Below are positions 23,573-34,800 of a DNA stretch of 64,000 bases, piece after piece. Made by a program: the position numbers and the translations under genes. Numbering within the stretch: position 1 is the first letter of the stretch; each line of letters begins with the position of its first letter. This DNA comes from Mantamonas sphyraenae STR306 (lineage: Eukaryota; Protista; CRuMs). A model generated the notes under the pieces. That model searched no databases. It was not told the DNA's origin and was given only the letters and a program-made list of their open reading frames with translations. Location of the stretch: NCBI GenBank assembly GCA_026936335.1, contig JAPMXV010000001.1, positions 1 to 64,000 of the forward strand, read 5' to 3'.

Positions 23573-26005
23573 ATGGCAGCAGGAACGGCCGGCGGTGACC
23601 AAGGGCCGAGCACGTGGCAGTGGACGGCCGTACGCCTGTTGGTGTACGTGCTGTCCCTTGCTGTGTTGTGGACCGCAGGCGTGTTCTTCTTCACTCCCTA
23701 CTTTAATGTTTACGGGAACGACGCAATGTACAACGGGCCGGTGGATCTCACGCTGACCCGAAACTCATACCTGCTGAATGTCAAAGCGTCAAGCACCCTG
23801 AGCAAGTTCCCGCAGCTCATGCTGGGTCTGGGAGTGCAGATAGCATCGAATAGCACATCCAATAGCACGTGTCCAGACCACTTCTCGCGTGTTTCGCCCT
23901 CCCGCTACGGCGCCACATGTCTGCAAAAGACCTGGGTTCCCATCAACTTTGTCAAACTGTCTCGCAATGCCCTGACGTCGCAGGAACTCATTGGCGACAC
24001 GGTCGACCAGAGCAGGAAGGAGAAGAAGCTCGGCTTCTCCCTCTCTTGGACCAGGCTGGAAATCGGCGACCCTTCCAACGCCGTTGCACAACCAGAAGGC
24101 ACCATCGACGCATCCAGGCCCTTTGTCCGCTCTCAGAGCAGCACTGGGACTCTGTCCACCGCACCCTCACTCAACGCAACCTTTCAGATGGACCTGTGGC
24201 TGTTTGCAGGTGCCGCGTCGCCAAATTCACTCGTACGTCGCTTTACCCCGCGTGTTCCCTCCCAAGTGCGCCTTGTTGCTGACCCACCTTGTTGACGCAC
24301 CCATCCCTCCAGCTGCCGCTCTCCAGCTGCACGAACGATACGCAGTGTGCCGACTTTGTGCAAGAGCTCAATCGAACCAGTGTCACAGACCAGCTGCATC
24401 TCAACGAGAGCGATGTCCGCTGCTTTTCGCCCGACGAAACACCCAATTGGGGGGTGTTTGGTTGTGCTGTGGTACGTCCAAGCCTGCCTGGCTTTTCGCA
24501 CGGAAACTCCCTTGCTAACAAACGTCGCCCCTCGTTCTCACACACAGAAAATCCGGGCCAGCCAGCCTTCAGAATGTGACCTACAGCAGGTACAAGACCC
24601 TTTCTTTGCTGGCACGTACAATTTTGGTCCGCAGTGTAACTTTATCAACCTGTGGACCCTGTTTGTGTACCCGGGGGACTATCTCAATGCCGCCGGCCTG
24701 TGGAGCTGGGGTTCCATTGCCTTTGTTAGCCTCTTGGCTCTGTGGTTTTACTATGCACTGTTGTACGGCCGTCATCTGCATCTGCGGTACCTGGACAACT
24801 ACTTCTTTGTGTCGGGCACCGTTGATCTGGAATTGGACGGCAAGTACGACTTTAAGCTGTACGTCACGGGAGAACAGTTTACACGCAAAACCGGGTCGTT
24901 CAGAGTGCAACACGATGGTGACACCTTGTTTGAGTTTCCCTTTGTGGCTCGCTTTGACGAGGAGACCGTAGAAAACACAGGCAAGTCGACGCTGGTGTTT
25001 CGCAACAGCTACCATTGCACAGATGCTCGCAGCGAGGCCACGTACGACGTGCGATGGGACGGTGATTTCCACATGGCTGGATTCCGTGCACCTGAATGCC
25101 AGGTGGTCATCCGAAGGCGCATTCCCTTTGGCGTCAAGACCCGGATGAACATGTTCACCATGCCGTTTATGTGCGCGCTGCAACTCATCACAGGGCTGCC
25201 GCATCGCTCCGACTTTGCCCGATTCGACCAGTACTTGTTCACGGCTGTCTATTTTCTGTTTGTGCACGTGCCCTTCTGGCTGGTGGCGGCATGCATGCTG
25301 CTCTCATCCACCACGTCGCCAACCTCCGGTTCATCGTACTGGGGCTACCTGGACCAGCGTCCAAATCTCCCCGTGGTGCTTTATGGTGTTTTCTGCGTGT
25401 GTGTGTTGGCTTGTGTCATTATGAGCTTGTTGCCGTTTGGGAGGAGCGTGGAAGCGCGCAAGGATCGCAATGCTGGCCAAAACAACCTACCGGACGAGTT
25501 CCTGGCGGCAAACGGCATCGCACAGCCGCAAGCCAAACTCATGGAAGAGAATGCGGTGTTGATTGTCAACGACATGGGCGGCGTCAGGACCGAAGGAGGA
25601 AAGAACACAACACGGGCTGGCGAATTGGACGTGGAGTACGTGAACATGGGCACTGGTGAAGGCGCCACGCATTCTCGCAATTGGGATAGCGATGATGAGG
25701 ATGTGGGAGACGACGAAGAGGATATCACAACATACGAGCCATCTCGAGCAGACGAGCGTGACTTGGTGGTGGACACAGCCCAACTCAACTTCAAACCAGC
25801 GTCCAACCGTGAGCCAAGATTCAACAGGTACGAACGAGGCACAAGCGACGTGGACGAAACAGAGGTGCTGGCTGCAGCTATCCGCAAGTCGGCACCCAAG
25901 AGCCAGCAACGGAAGCTAAGGAAAGCAAAAGGTGTGGATCTTCGCTCGAGTGTCGATCTGCGGGAAGCCAAGACGGGAAGCAACCCGCTGAAGGGACGCG
26001 AATGA
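23573..26005 (+). CDS. Orphan multi-pass membrane protein (~758 aa) in the inverted-repeat spacer; exons 23573-24232, 24313-24471, 24548-26005
   Basis: Two phase-0 GTACGT..CAG introns join three ORFs. About four hydrophobic helices, a Cys- and N-glycosylation-bearing region after TM1, and an acidic C-terminal tail. Confidence 0.8.
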
Positions 26006-26062
26006 AGTCGACCACATGCATTGCATTCCTTGTCCCCCCACCACACCCCCTGCCCGTCTCCA

Positions 26063-27382
26063 TCAATCCTTCACATCGTTCACTCCATCCGCCGCAATCG
26101 CAAACGTGCACTCTGCCTCGGGCAGACACGGCGAGTCGTAGATCTTGCATACACGTGTCTCTCCCCTGCCCTTCCTCAGTGACAGGCGTGTCGTCGATGC
26201 ATGCGCCATGATGTGTCCTCCAATCGGCTTCTTCGGATCCGCCGCAAACATCGACGCCCCGTCCACTTGCGCCACCACCTGGTTCGTAATCACCACGGCC
26301 ACCCCAAACTCGTCTGCCAGACGCAGTAGCGAGCGCAAGAACCTCGCCAGATGCATCTGTCGCGCACTCAGTTCGCCACGCCCGCTGTAATCTGTGCGGT
26401 ACAGCGCTGTCGCGCTGTCCACCACCAGAAGCGCATACCGCGACTCGCTCATCATTGCCGATGCCTGCACAAGCAGTGCCATCTGGTGATCGCTGTTGTA
26501 CGCACGCGCATACGCCACGTTGTCCAGCACGTCCGACCCGTCCAGCCCAAACCGCTCCGCCACAGCAACCAGCCGCTCCGGTCGGAATGTGCCCTCCGTG
26601 TCGATGTACATCGCCTTCCCCTCCGCCCCTCCGTTCTCTACAGGCAGCTGGCACGTCACACACAGCGTGTGACAAATCTGCGTCTTGCCCGTCTTGAACT
26701 CGCCAAAGATCTCCGTGATGCTTCCCGTCTCCAGGCCGCCTCCAAGCAGCTGGTCCAGGTCCTTGCAGCCCGTCGTCAGCTGGATGATCTCCTGCCTGTT
26801 CTTGTACACCTCCGTCGCCGTCGTGAAGCCCATCGGCACCAGTTTGCTTGCTGTGCCCACCCTTCTCAGTCAGTCTCTCGCCCGAGCCACTTCACACACA
26901 CCCAGCCACTCGCACACACCTCCCTCCATCCGCCTCCTTCCCACCCCCTCCCCCTCCCCGCATGCCCCCAACATCCCTCATCAAACCCAATCCAACCCCC
27001 AACCCAACCCATGCTTCCACCTCCACACACTCGCCAACAAAACACAGGTTCTCGGGAAGTTCCCGCCAAAATCCGCTCCATCGCTCACCTCTTCGCTCAC
27101 CTCCCACCCTTGCTCTCTCTTTCCCCCCTTCCCGCTCCACTCACCCTCTGCAATCAGCTTGTCTGCCTTGGCTTCCGAGATTCCTTTGATGTCCATCAGC
27201 ACCTTCTTTGTCGAGTACGCCACTGCCTCCACCGTGTTGAACCCGGCCTCGATCAACTTCTTGCAGTCGGCTGCGCTGATCCCGTTCTGCTCCAGCGTCT
27301 GCACAGGCATCGGCCCGTACTCTCCCTCTTCTTCCTCCTCCTCTTCCCCTTCTTCGTATTCTTCTTCCTCGGCGTGCGACAT
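26063..27382 (-). CDS. RAD51: DNA recombinase RAD51, copy 2; exons 27382-27145, 26850-26063
   Basis: Protein identical to copy 1. Confidence 0.98.
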
Positions 27383-27622
27383 GATTTCCGTGTGTGCTTG
27401 TGTGTGTGCTTGTGGTTGTCCGAAAACGGGGTCGGCTTCCTCTTCCTTTTTGCCTTGTTGCCACTCGCGCATCGCTTTCCCCACCTGCTTTCACCCCTCT
27501 CCCACCCGTCATGCCGTCTCCATCTCCTCACTCCATCCACCATCATCCGCATCGAATTGCATTCCATTGCTCCGTTTCTCCCCACCTCCTCCCGTGCACA
27601 CTCTCATCACTCCAGCACCACA

Positions 27623-28564
27623 TCACTCGTACACCTTGTCAAAGTCAAACCAGCTGGGGTCCACTGCACGTGCAGGGCCCTTCTCACCCAGCTTGTCCAC
27701 GCTTGCCATCTCCTCCTCCGTCAGCTCAAAGTCAAACACAGCCATGTTCTCCACAATGCGGCTCGGCGTCACACTCTTCGGAATCACAATGCTGCCACGC
27801 TGGATGGCCCATCGACACAGGATGTTGGCTGCACTCTTGCCGTACTTTTCTGCCAGCCCCACAATCGTTTCGTCCTTGAGCAAGTTCAGGCCTGCACTGC
27901 CTCCGGGCGACCCCAGCGGCGAGTATGCTGTCAACTTGATGCCATGGCCCACGTCCAGCAAATCCGTCTGCGGCAGAAGCGGATGGCACTCCACCTGGTT
28001 CACCGCAGGCACCACGGTCGCCGTTTCCACCAGCTTCTCGATCGACGCCGCGTTGAAGTTGGACACGCCGATGGCCCGTGTCAGACCTGCCTCCAGGCAT
28101 GCTTCCATCTGCTTCCACACCTCTGCAATCGTCAGCGGCTCCGGGTCCATCACCACCTTGCCGTCCTCGTCTGTGGGGAACACCTCGCCCTCTCGCTTCA
28201 CAAACGCCTGCGGCCAGTGGATCAGGTACAGATCCACGTAGTCCAGCTGAAGGTCCTTCAGTGTCTTTTCCAAAGCTGCGCGCACGTCGTGGCGGTCCGT
28301 GTTCCAGTTCTTGGACGTCCAGAACAGCTCCTCTCGCTTGATGACTCCCTCTTCCAGCAGCGCCTTGAGTTCTTCGCCCAGCACTGCCTCGTTGCCATAC
28401 ACTGCAGCTCCGTCAATGTGCGTGTACCCTGCCTCCAGCGCTGCACGCAGGGCCGTCCGTGCGTCCTCATCCGATGACTTCCATGTGCCCAGGCCAAACA
28501 CGGGCATCTCAACTCCGTTGTTCAACGTCACCGTCGGCACCTGGATCTTGTTCTGCGCGCTCAT
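27623..28564 (-). CDS. Aldo-keto reductase, copy 2
   Basis: Protein identical to copy 1. Confidence 0.97.
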   Translation of the reverse strand: MSAQNKIQVPTVTLNNGVEMPVFGLGTWKSSDEDARTALRAALEAGYTHIDGAAVYGNEAVLGEELKALLEEGVIKREELFWTSKNWNTDRHDVRAALEKTLKDLQLDYVDLYLIHWPQAFVKREGEVFPTDEDGKVVMDPEPLTIAEVWKQMEACLEAGLTRAIGVSNFNAASIEKLVETATVVPAVNQVECHPLLPQTDLLDVGHGIKLTAYSPLGSPGGSAGLNLLKDETIVGLAEKYGKSAANILCRWAIQRGSIVIPKSVTPSRIVENMAVFDFELTEEEMASVDKLGEKGPARAVDPSWFDFDKVYE

Positions 28565-28803
28565 TGTTCTCTCGTTCCTTTGTGTTGTGTGGTAGTGGTA
28601 GCTGTGGTTGCGTTGTGCGTGTGCTCCTCTCTTGGTACGTGTGCGTGTGTGCGTGGACGGAAAGTGAAAAGTTCCGGCTGCTGCTGTTCAGGTGCTCACC
28701 CTTGCGCAAGGGTGCCAAGACGAACCGCTACCTCCACTACTGTATGCATCACACACCTCCCTCCAACCCGCATTTCATTCCAATCCCATTCTTCTCACCC
28801 GCC

Positions 28804-31800
28804 TCAACGCCAGCGCGAGTCCTCACCCCAACTCGAGTTGTTGTCCGTCATAAAGTCACCGTCAATCGACGTGCAGTTGCGGATGGCAAACTGAATGCGT
28901 TGGCGCATGATGTCCACCGAGGAGTAGTTGGGCATGTCGACGCTGAAGAAGCACGTGTGTGCCACCGGCATGCGCGAGTCTGGGTTCGATCCGCTCAATT
29001 GGTCAATCTTGAAGCGCCTATCAAAGTCGGCGTCTGTTGCAGGCAGCCTTGTGCGGCCCCACACAAACTTCAGGAACAGACGCTTGTCCGACTCGGAAAA
29101 GTCTTCAAACACCTGCCAGAAGAAGCGCACCGTTTGGTCGCTCACGCCGTAGCCTGTCTCCGCCGTGCGCTTCAGCATGGCCACGTCCACAGTTGGTTCG
29201 CCGCACACTGCCATCTCCAGCTCTTGCCACGTGAACCAGTTCAGCTGGCCGACGGGCACCAGCAGTCCCAGACCGTACAGCACAGCCTCGATTTGCGCAG
29301 CGCACTCCTTCTCCCTCACCTCGCGCACCAGGCGCACGTACTCGTGCCTGTTCTCAAATGTGAGCGGGATGTTGGCTCCGTTTGGCTTCAGCTCCACCCG
29401 GCGTCCGTCGCTCAGTGTCGTCACAAACACCTCGTCAAACACCTGTGCAAACGTCTCGGCGTCCACTCCCTCCTTCTCAATGTCCAGGATGCCCTTGAGA
29501 CATTGGAAGCACATCTGGTCCATCGAGTACAGGTCCTCGATCGTCACTTCCTCGCCCACCAGCCGCTTCCACACAGTCTTGGACAGGTTCAGGTCCAAGT
29601 AGTTCTTCGTGCGGATCGCTGAGCCCATGAGCATGCCCAACAGTTCGTACAGTTGCAGGTGCGTCGAGCTCGTCGACGACGGCTTCAGGATGAACTTGTC
29701 TCGTTCGTCGCCCACGTTGGCCTGTCCGTTCGGTGTGCGGATCATCATCGGGAACTCCGGTGCCTGGAATTCGGCCATCAGATCCTGCATCGACTCGCGG
29801 TACGGTCCGCCCGCGTCTTCTGACCCCTCGCCGATGAAGTTGATGCGGTACATACGACCGTCCTGTCGCAGCGCCTCCACGTTTTCGGTACGCAGCTTCT
29901 CGTTCACCTGGTGCATCAGGGATCCCTTCACACGGCCCGACTCCTTTGCAAACATGGCCTGCGGGCGGCTTACGTTGATCTCCGGGCGGCTCGACTGCGA
30001 GTTGGTGCTCGACAGCTTTGTCAGGAAGCGACTTTGGCGGATGTCCGCACACATGGCTCCCTTGAACTGAAGCACCATCGCACTCATCGACCAGCCTTCG
30101 TTTGCAAACTCTGCGTTTGTAAACGGAAGCAAACGCTGCACACGCTTCGACAGCTTCACCATATCGCGGAATTTGTCGCGGATCTCCATCACGTCCAACG
30201 CCGCCGCGCGTTTGTACTCGCCCGAGTTCTCCTGCACCAGCACGCTGAACTGCTTCTCCCGGAACGCGTTGTTGTTCATGTTGCTCACCTTGACTCCCTT
30301 CTTGGCTGCGTATCGCGTGCACAGCACCATCACCTCTTGGTACAACGCAAGCTGCTCCCGTTCGGAAACCAGGCGATGCAGGTCCGAGCGCAGGTCCAGC
30401 GCATATCGTGTGAACCAGCGTCGCGTGTCCTGCGTCCCGATCGGCTTGCGCGTGGGCCCACCCATCGTTGCAATCTCCTCCTTCGACATGGCAAAGTCGC
30501 GCACCTGCATGTGCGTCAGGTATCCCGCCGTCGACTTGACGTGGTCCATCTTGCCCAAGATCAGAAACTCGTCGTTCAACGCGTCTGCGCCGTCAACCCC
30601 GGAGTACACGGCAGACTCCACCAGCAACTCGCCATCCAAGTAGCCACGCATCGTGTTGCTTGCCTGGTCAAACGTGATGCCCAGGCGCACCAGCTTGTTG
30701 TACGGCACCGCGTTGGTACTCCAAGTCGAACCCACGCACAGTGCACCCGTCGATCCACGCAGGAACACACCACTCGCTCCCGTAATGTCGGTGCGCATCA
30801 ACACAATGTTCTCTTCCGCCTGGCTCGGAGGGAGGATGATGTCCATCAGCAACGTGTACGAGTTGACCTTGGCGCTCCCTGCAGGGGTGGCCGGCAGGCC
30901 GTGTCTCACATGCAGCGTCGAGTTGCTCGTCAGCTTCAGCGCCTCAAACTCTTCGCCCATCGAGTACGCTGTGCCCACTGTCGCTCCGCTCACGTTGCTC
31001 ACATACACCGACCCTCGGTGCTTGAACCCTCGGTCGCTCAGGTTCCAGTTGGACAAGTTGCCGCTCGACGGGTAGCCGTGCTTGAAATAGTCGCCATTCT
31101 CCCACAGCTTCTGCCTTGGACCTGTGCTGCTGCCGGCGCCACTGCTACCGCTACTGCCGCTGCTGCTGCTGCTGCTGCTTGACGATTTGCCCTGTCCGTC
31201 ACCGCCCACGTCGCCGAAAAAGTCCAACACCTCGTGGCTCTGCGAAAACAGCCCGTGGTCTTCGTGCTCCTCCAGCAGCTCCTTCATGGCACGTGACTCC
31301 TCCAGCTGACGCTGCAGAGTCAGGAACTGATCGATTTCGCCCTGCAGCATGCGCATCGTCGCTTCGCTCAGATCCACCCATGTTTCCTGGTGCACAGTGC
31401 TGCCGTGCGATCCTCGTCCCTTCTTGCGCTTCTTGGACTTGGTTGTGATCTTGTACAGGAGCTTGTTACGCCGCAGGTACTTTTCCATCGGTCCGTAGTC
31501 CAGCGAGAACGAGTGCTTCCACAGGGTGCCCTCGTTGTACTTGCGGAACTTCTGGTGCACAGACGACATCGACACCGCGCCCGCCACACACAGGTCTCGC
31601 AGGCACTCCAACAGCACCTGATCCACAGGCGGCAGCCTTGCCAAAACCTCCTCCGTTGTCTGCGGTTGCACCTCTTCCTCCTCCTCCTGCGCGTCCTCTT
31701 GTTGCTCGTTCTCGCCGCTCTCCTTGGCCTTCTTCTTGGCCGCCTTCAGCTCCATCAGCCTTTCGTGCTCTTCCTTGGCCTTGCGTGCCTGCTCGTTGCG

Positions 31801-34800
31801 CTCGACGCGCTTCGTGATGGCGTCCTGTGCGGTTTCCATGGCCACCGACAGCTCAAACAGCTCCTGCACCATGGCCGAATGCGTCGGGTTGTGCTTCTCC
31901 TGCGTTTGCAGTGACACCATGTACTCCATGGGGGCTTCGAGCGAGCTCAGGTCAGGCATCACCGAGGCAGGTGTAAATTGCTCCAGGTGGTACAACCATC
32001 GGCACAGCAGCTTGATCACCTGCGTGCGTACCTGCAGGTCCCACGTGCCGAGCCCATTGCTCAGCTGCACAAGCATGTCCTGGTTGTAGAATGCGCGGCT
32101 GCCCACATCTGCCAACAGCGACAGTACGCGCACTGCCAGTTTCTTGTTCGGCAGGTACATCGCCTCTGCAGGGTTGGCTCGCGCATCGTGGTACAGCGGC
32201 ACAACCTGCAGTTTGAAGCCCCAGTGGCTGGTGTGTTTGTGGCCCGGGTTGAACTTGATGTGCACCCTGCTGCCGGGTACAGAGAACGACGCCCAGTCGG
32301 TCGGCGAAGGACCACCCACGCGACGCAGCAAGTTGTTGTTGCCGTCGTAAAACTCCACCTGGTCGTCCTTGTGCGTTGCACAAGAAGCATGGAAGATCAC
32401 CTGCATCTTTGACGCATTCTTCATGTGGATCGAGCGCGACGAGATCGCGTCCTTGCCAGTGTACGGATGCCCCGTGCTCACGCTCTTTGCGCCGCGGCTG
32501 CTCTGGTCGCACAGGTCCGCAGCACACGCCATCGCAAGACCCACGTCCACGCCACTCAGCGTATCGGTGCTCGTCACAGACCCGTCCTGCACCGTGTACC
32601 ACGTCGACTCGGTCGTCTGTGTCACGCCGCTCTCCTGCGACTCGGCACTGTTCTCCTCCTGCGTCAGCCCCAGCCACTGGCCAACCACCTCAAAGCCCAT
32701 CTTGGCCTTGCCCTTGCCCTTGGCGTCCTTGCCTTCCTCCTCTTGCGCCTCGTCGAGCACCTCCTCGTCGCCATCGCCCTCAAGCAATTCCCCAATGGGC
32801 GTGTCCTGCGTCTTCTTGGCGTGTCGTGCGCCCTCACCCTCGCCTTCGCTCGGCGACGCATCGCTCGACACCTGTACGTCCATAATCACCTTGAGTTGGT
32901 CCAGCAGGCGGTTGACCATGGCCACCCCGCGTCCATGCGAAGGGTCGGCGTCCATCAACTTCAACAGTCGGTAGTACCAGTCCCCGCTGTCGTGAGCGCC
33001 AATCAGGTCGGACAACGGCAATTGCTTCGGCCAGTTGGTCACCAGGTTAATCAGCACGGTGCGCGCGTGGTAATCCTTCAACATGGAAAACACTCGCATC
33101 ATCGTCTTGCTGAACGCCTCGGCCGACGAGAGCATGGCAAGGTCGCCGTACTCCTTCTCCACGTTGGCTCCCACAAAATCGCGTGCCGTGTTTCCTGTGC
33201 TGCTGCCTCCACTGTCCGCTTCCTTGTCCTGTGACGTGCTGTCCCCTCCGCTCGACAGACTTGCCAGCGACGACGAGGACGAACTCGACGACGAGGACGA
33301 ACTCGACGACGAGCTGCCTGTGCTTTCCGACGGCAGTTCCACCGTCGTAACGCCACCTGTTGCACGCAGAGCCGCAGCGTCCCGATCACTCTCCGAGCGC
33401 CACGTGTTGTGCATCTCTTCAGCAACGGACGAGTCCACAACCATGTGAGCCGCGCCCCTTGTCCTTGCCGCCTTGACCTTCTTCTCCAGCTCCTGGTCGC
33501 GCATGTCGTGCGGGCGCATCTTGAGCGCATACATCGTCTGCGTTTGCGCAAGCAGCATCTGCAGAGCCACCGCCTTGGCCTCAGCCTCTTCCACAGGCAC
33601 CCAGTCGTTCTTCTTTGTGAAGCTGGGTTGCAGAGCACACTCGATCATCGTGTTGAGCGCCTGCTGGTCGATACACAGCTGCGCCCACTCCGACGACTCC
33701 ATCACGTTGGCCAGTGCCTGGAACATCGCCGCACGCAGCGCCGTCGACAGCGGCGTTTCCGTGCGCATCTCCTCCATGTTGTGCATGAGGTAATGGAACG
33801 GCTCAAAGTTGTCTGAACTCGCCTCAAAGTGGGCCACGTCCTGCGGCGAGAAGCGGTGTACTGGCCGCAGCTGCTCCAGCGGGATGTTTTTCACCACGCC
33901 TTGCGACGCCGTAAAGTCCAGCAACACCTTGCACTTGGTTTTGCCTGGATGGTAGTACACCACCGTGCCTTGGCTGACCACGCCGTCTGCGTCCACCACG
34001 ACCGTCGCCCCAAGGCGGAGGTGCTCTTGCAGTCCACCCAGAACCGTAAGCACCGCCGGAATGGCGAGCACGTTCATCTGCCATTCCTCGTCCTGCCCGT
34101 CTGTCTGCTCCTGCGACCACTCGCCACTGGCCTCCTCAAAGCCGTCCACAAATGCAGGCAGCATGCGCCAGGCGCCAAGCAGCTTCGGCATGACGATGTC
34201 GCGCCACTTGTCGCCCTGCAGCACCTTGCGCAGGAGAAGAGCACACTCGTTGGCCAGTGCACGGTCGGACATGGCCTGCTCGTGCGTGAGCACAAACCCG
34301 TCCAAGTCTTCCAGGGTTCCCTTGCCCTTCTTGGCAGTCGATGATTGCTTGCTGTCGCGTTTGGTCTTGCCCTTTCCTCCCTTGACGCCGCCCGAACCAC
34401 CGACACCACCACCACCACCACCACCACTGCTGCTGCTGCTTCCACCCTGCGACTCTGGCTCGTCCGAGTGTCCCAGGCTCATGTCAAACTCGCGCAGCAG
34501 TTCTTCGTCGACCAACGAATCCGACGCGTCCTTGTTCAGGAGGCGCTCGTGCGTGTGGTTCCAGAACGGATGCAGACCCGCCCAGGTGCGTGCGATCTGG
34601 TTGAACAGAAACACGACCAGGTTCTCATCGGGCTGTGCGTCCTCGTGCGAAAACGCAAGCCCCATGATGCGGAACAGACCGTTGGTCCACACGGAGCAGC
34701 GCTCGTGCTGGTGCGTCGCCTGGAGGATCAAGTAGTACAAGCGCATCCACGAGCGTGTGCCAATCATGCCACGGATCAGATGCGACGGCGAAGCAAGCGT

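Larger units (their letters stand above)
26000..28739 (-). repeat. Right arm of the ~2.74 kb inverted repeat
   Basis: Reverse complement of 20807-23546 with scattered SNPs and small indels. Confidence 0.97.

Noticed and set aside
22167-27382. One copy being DMC1
   Set aside because: Both proteins are identical and carry RAD51-type residues ([23 protein letters not shown]).
20807-28739. Inverted repeat as an assembly artefact or composite transposon
   Set aside because: The arms differ by synonymous SNPs and edge indels and have distinct unique flanks. No transposase, terminal repeats or target-site duplication is visible.
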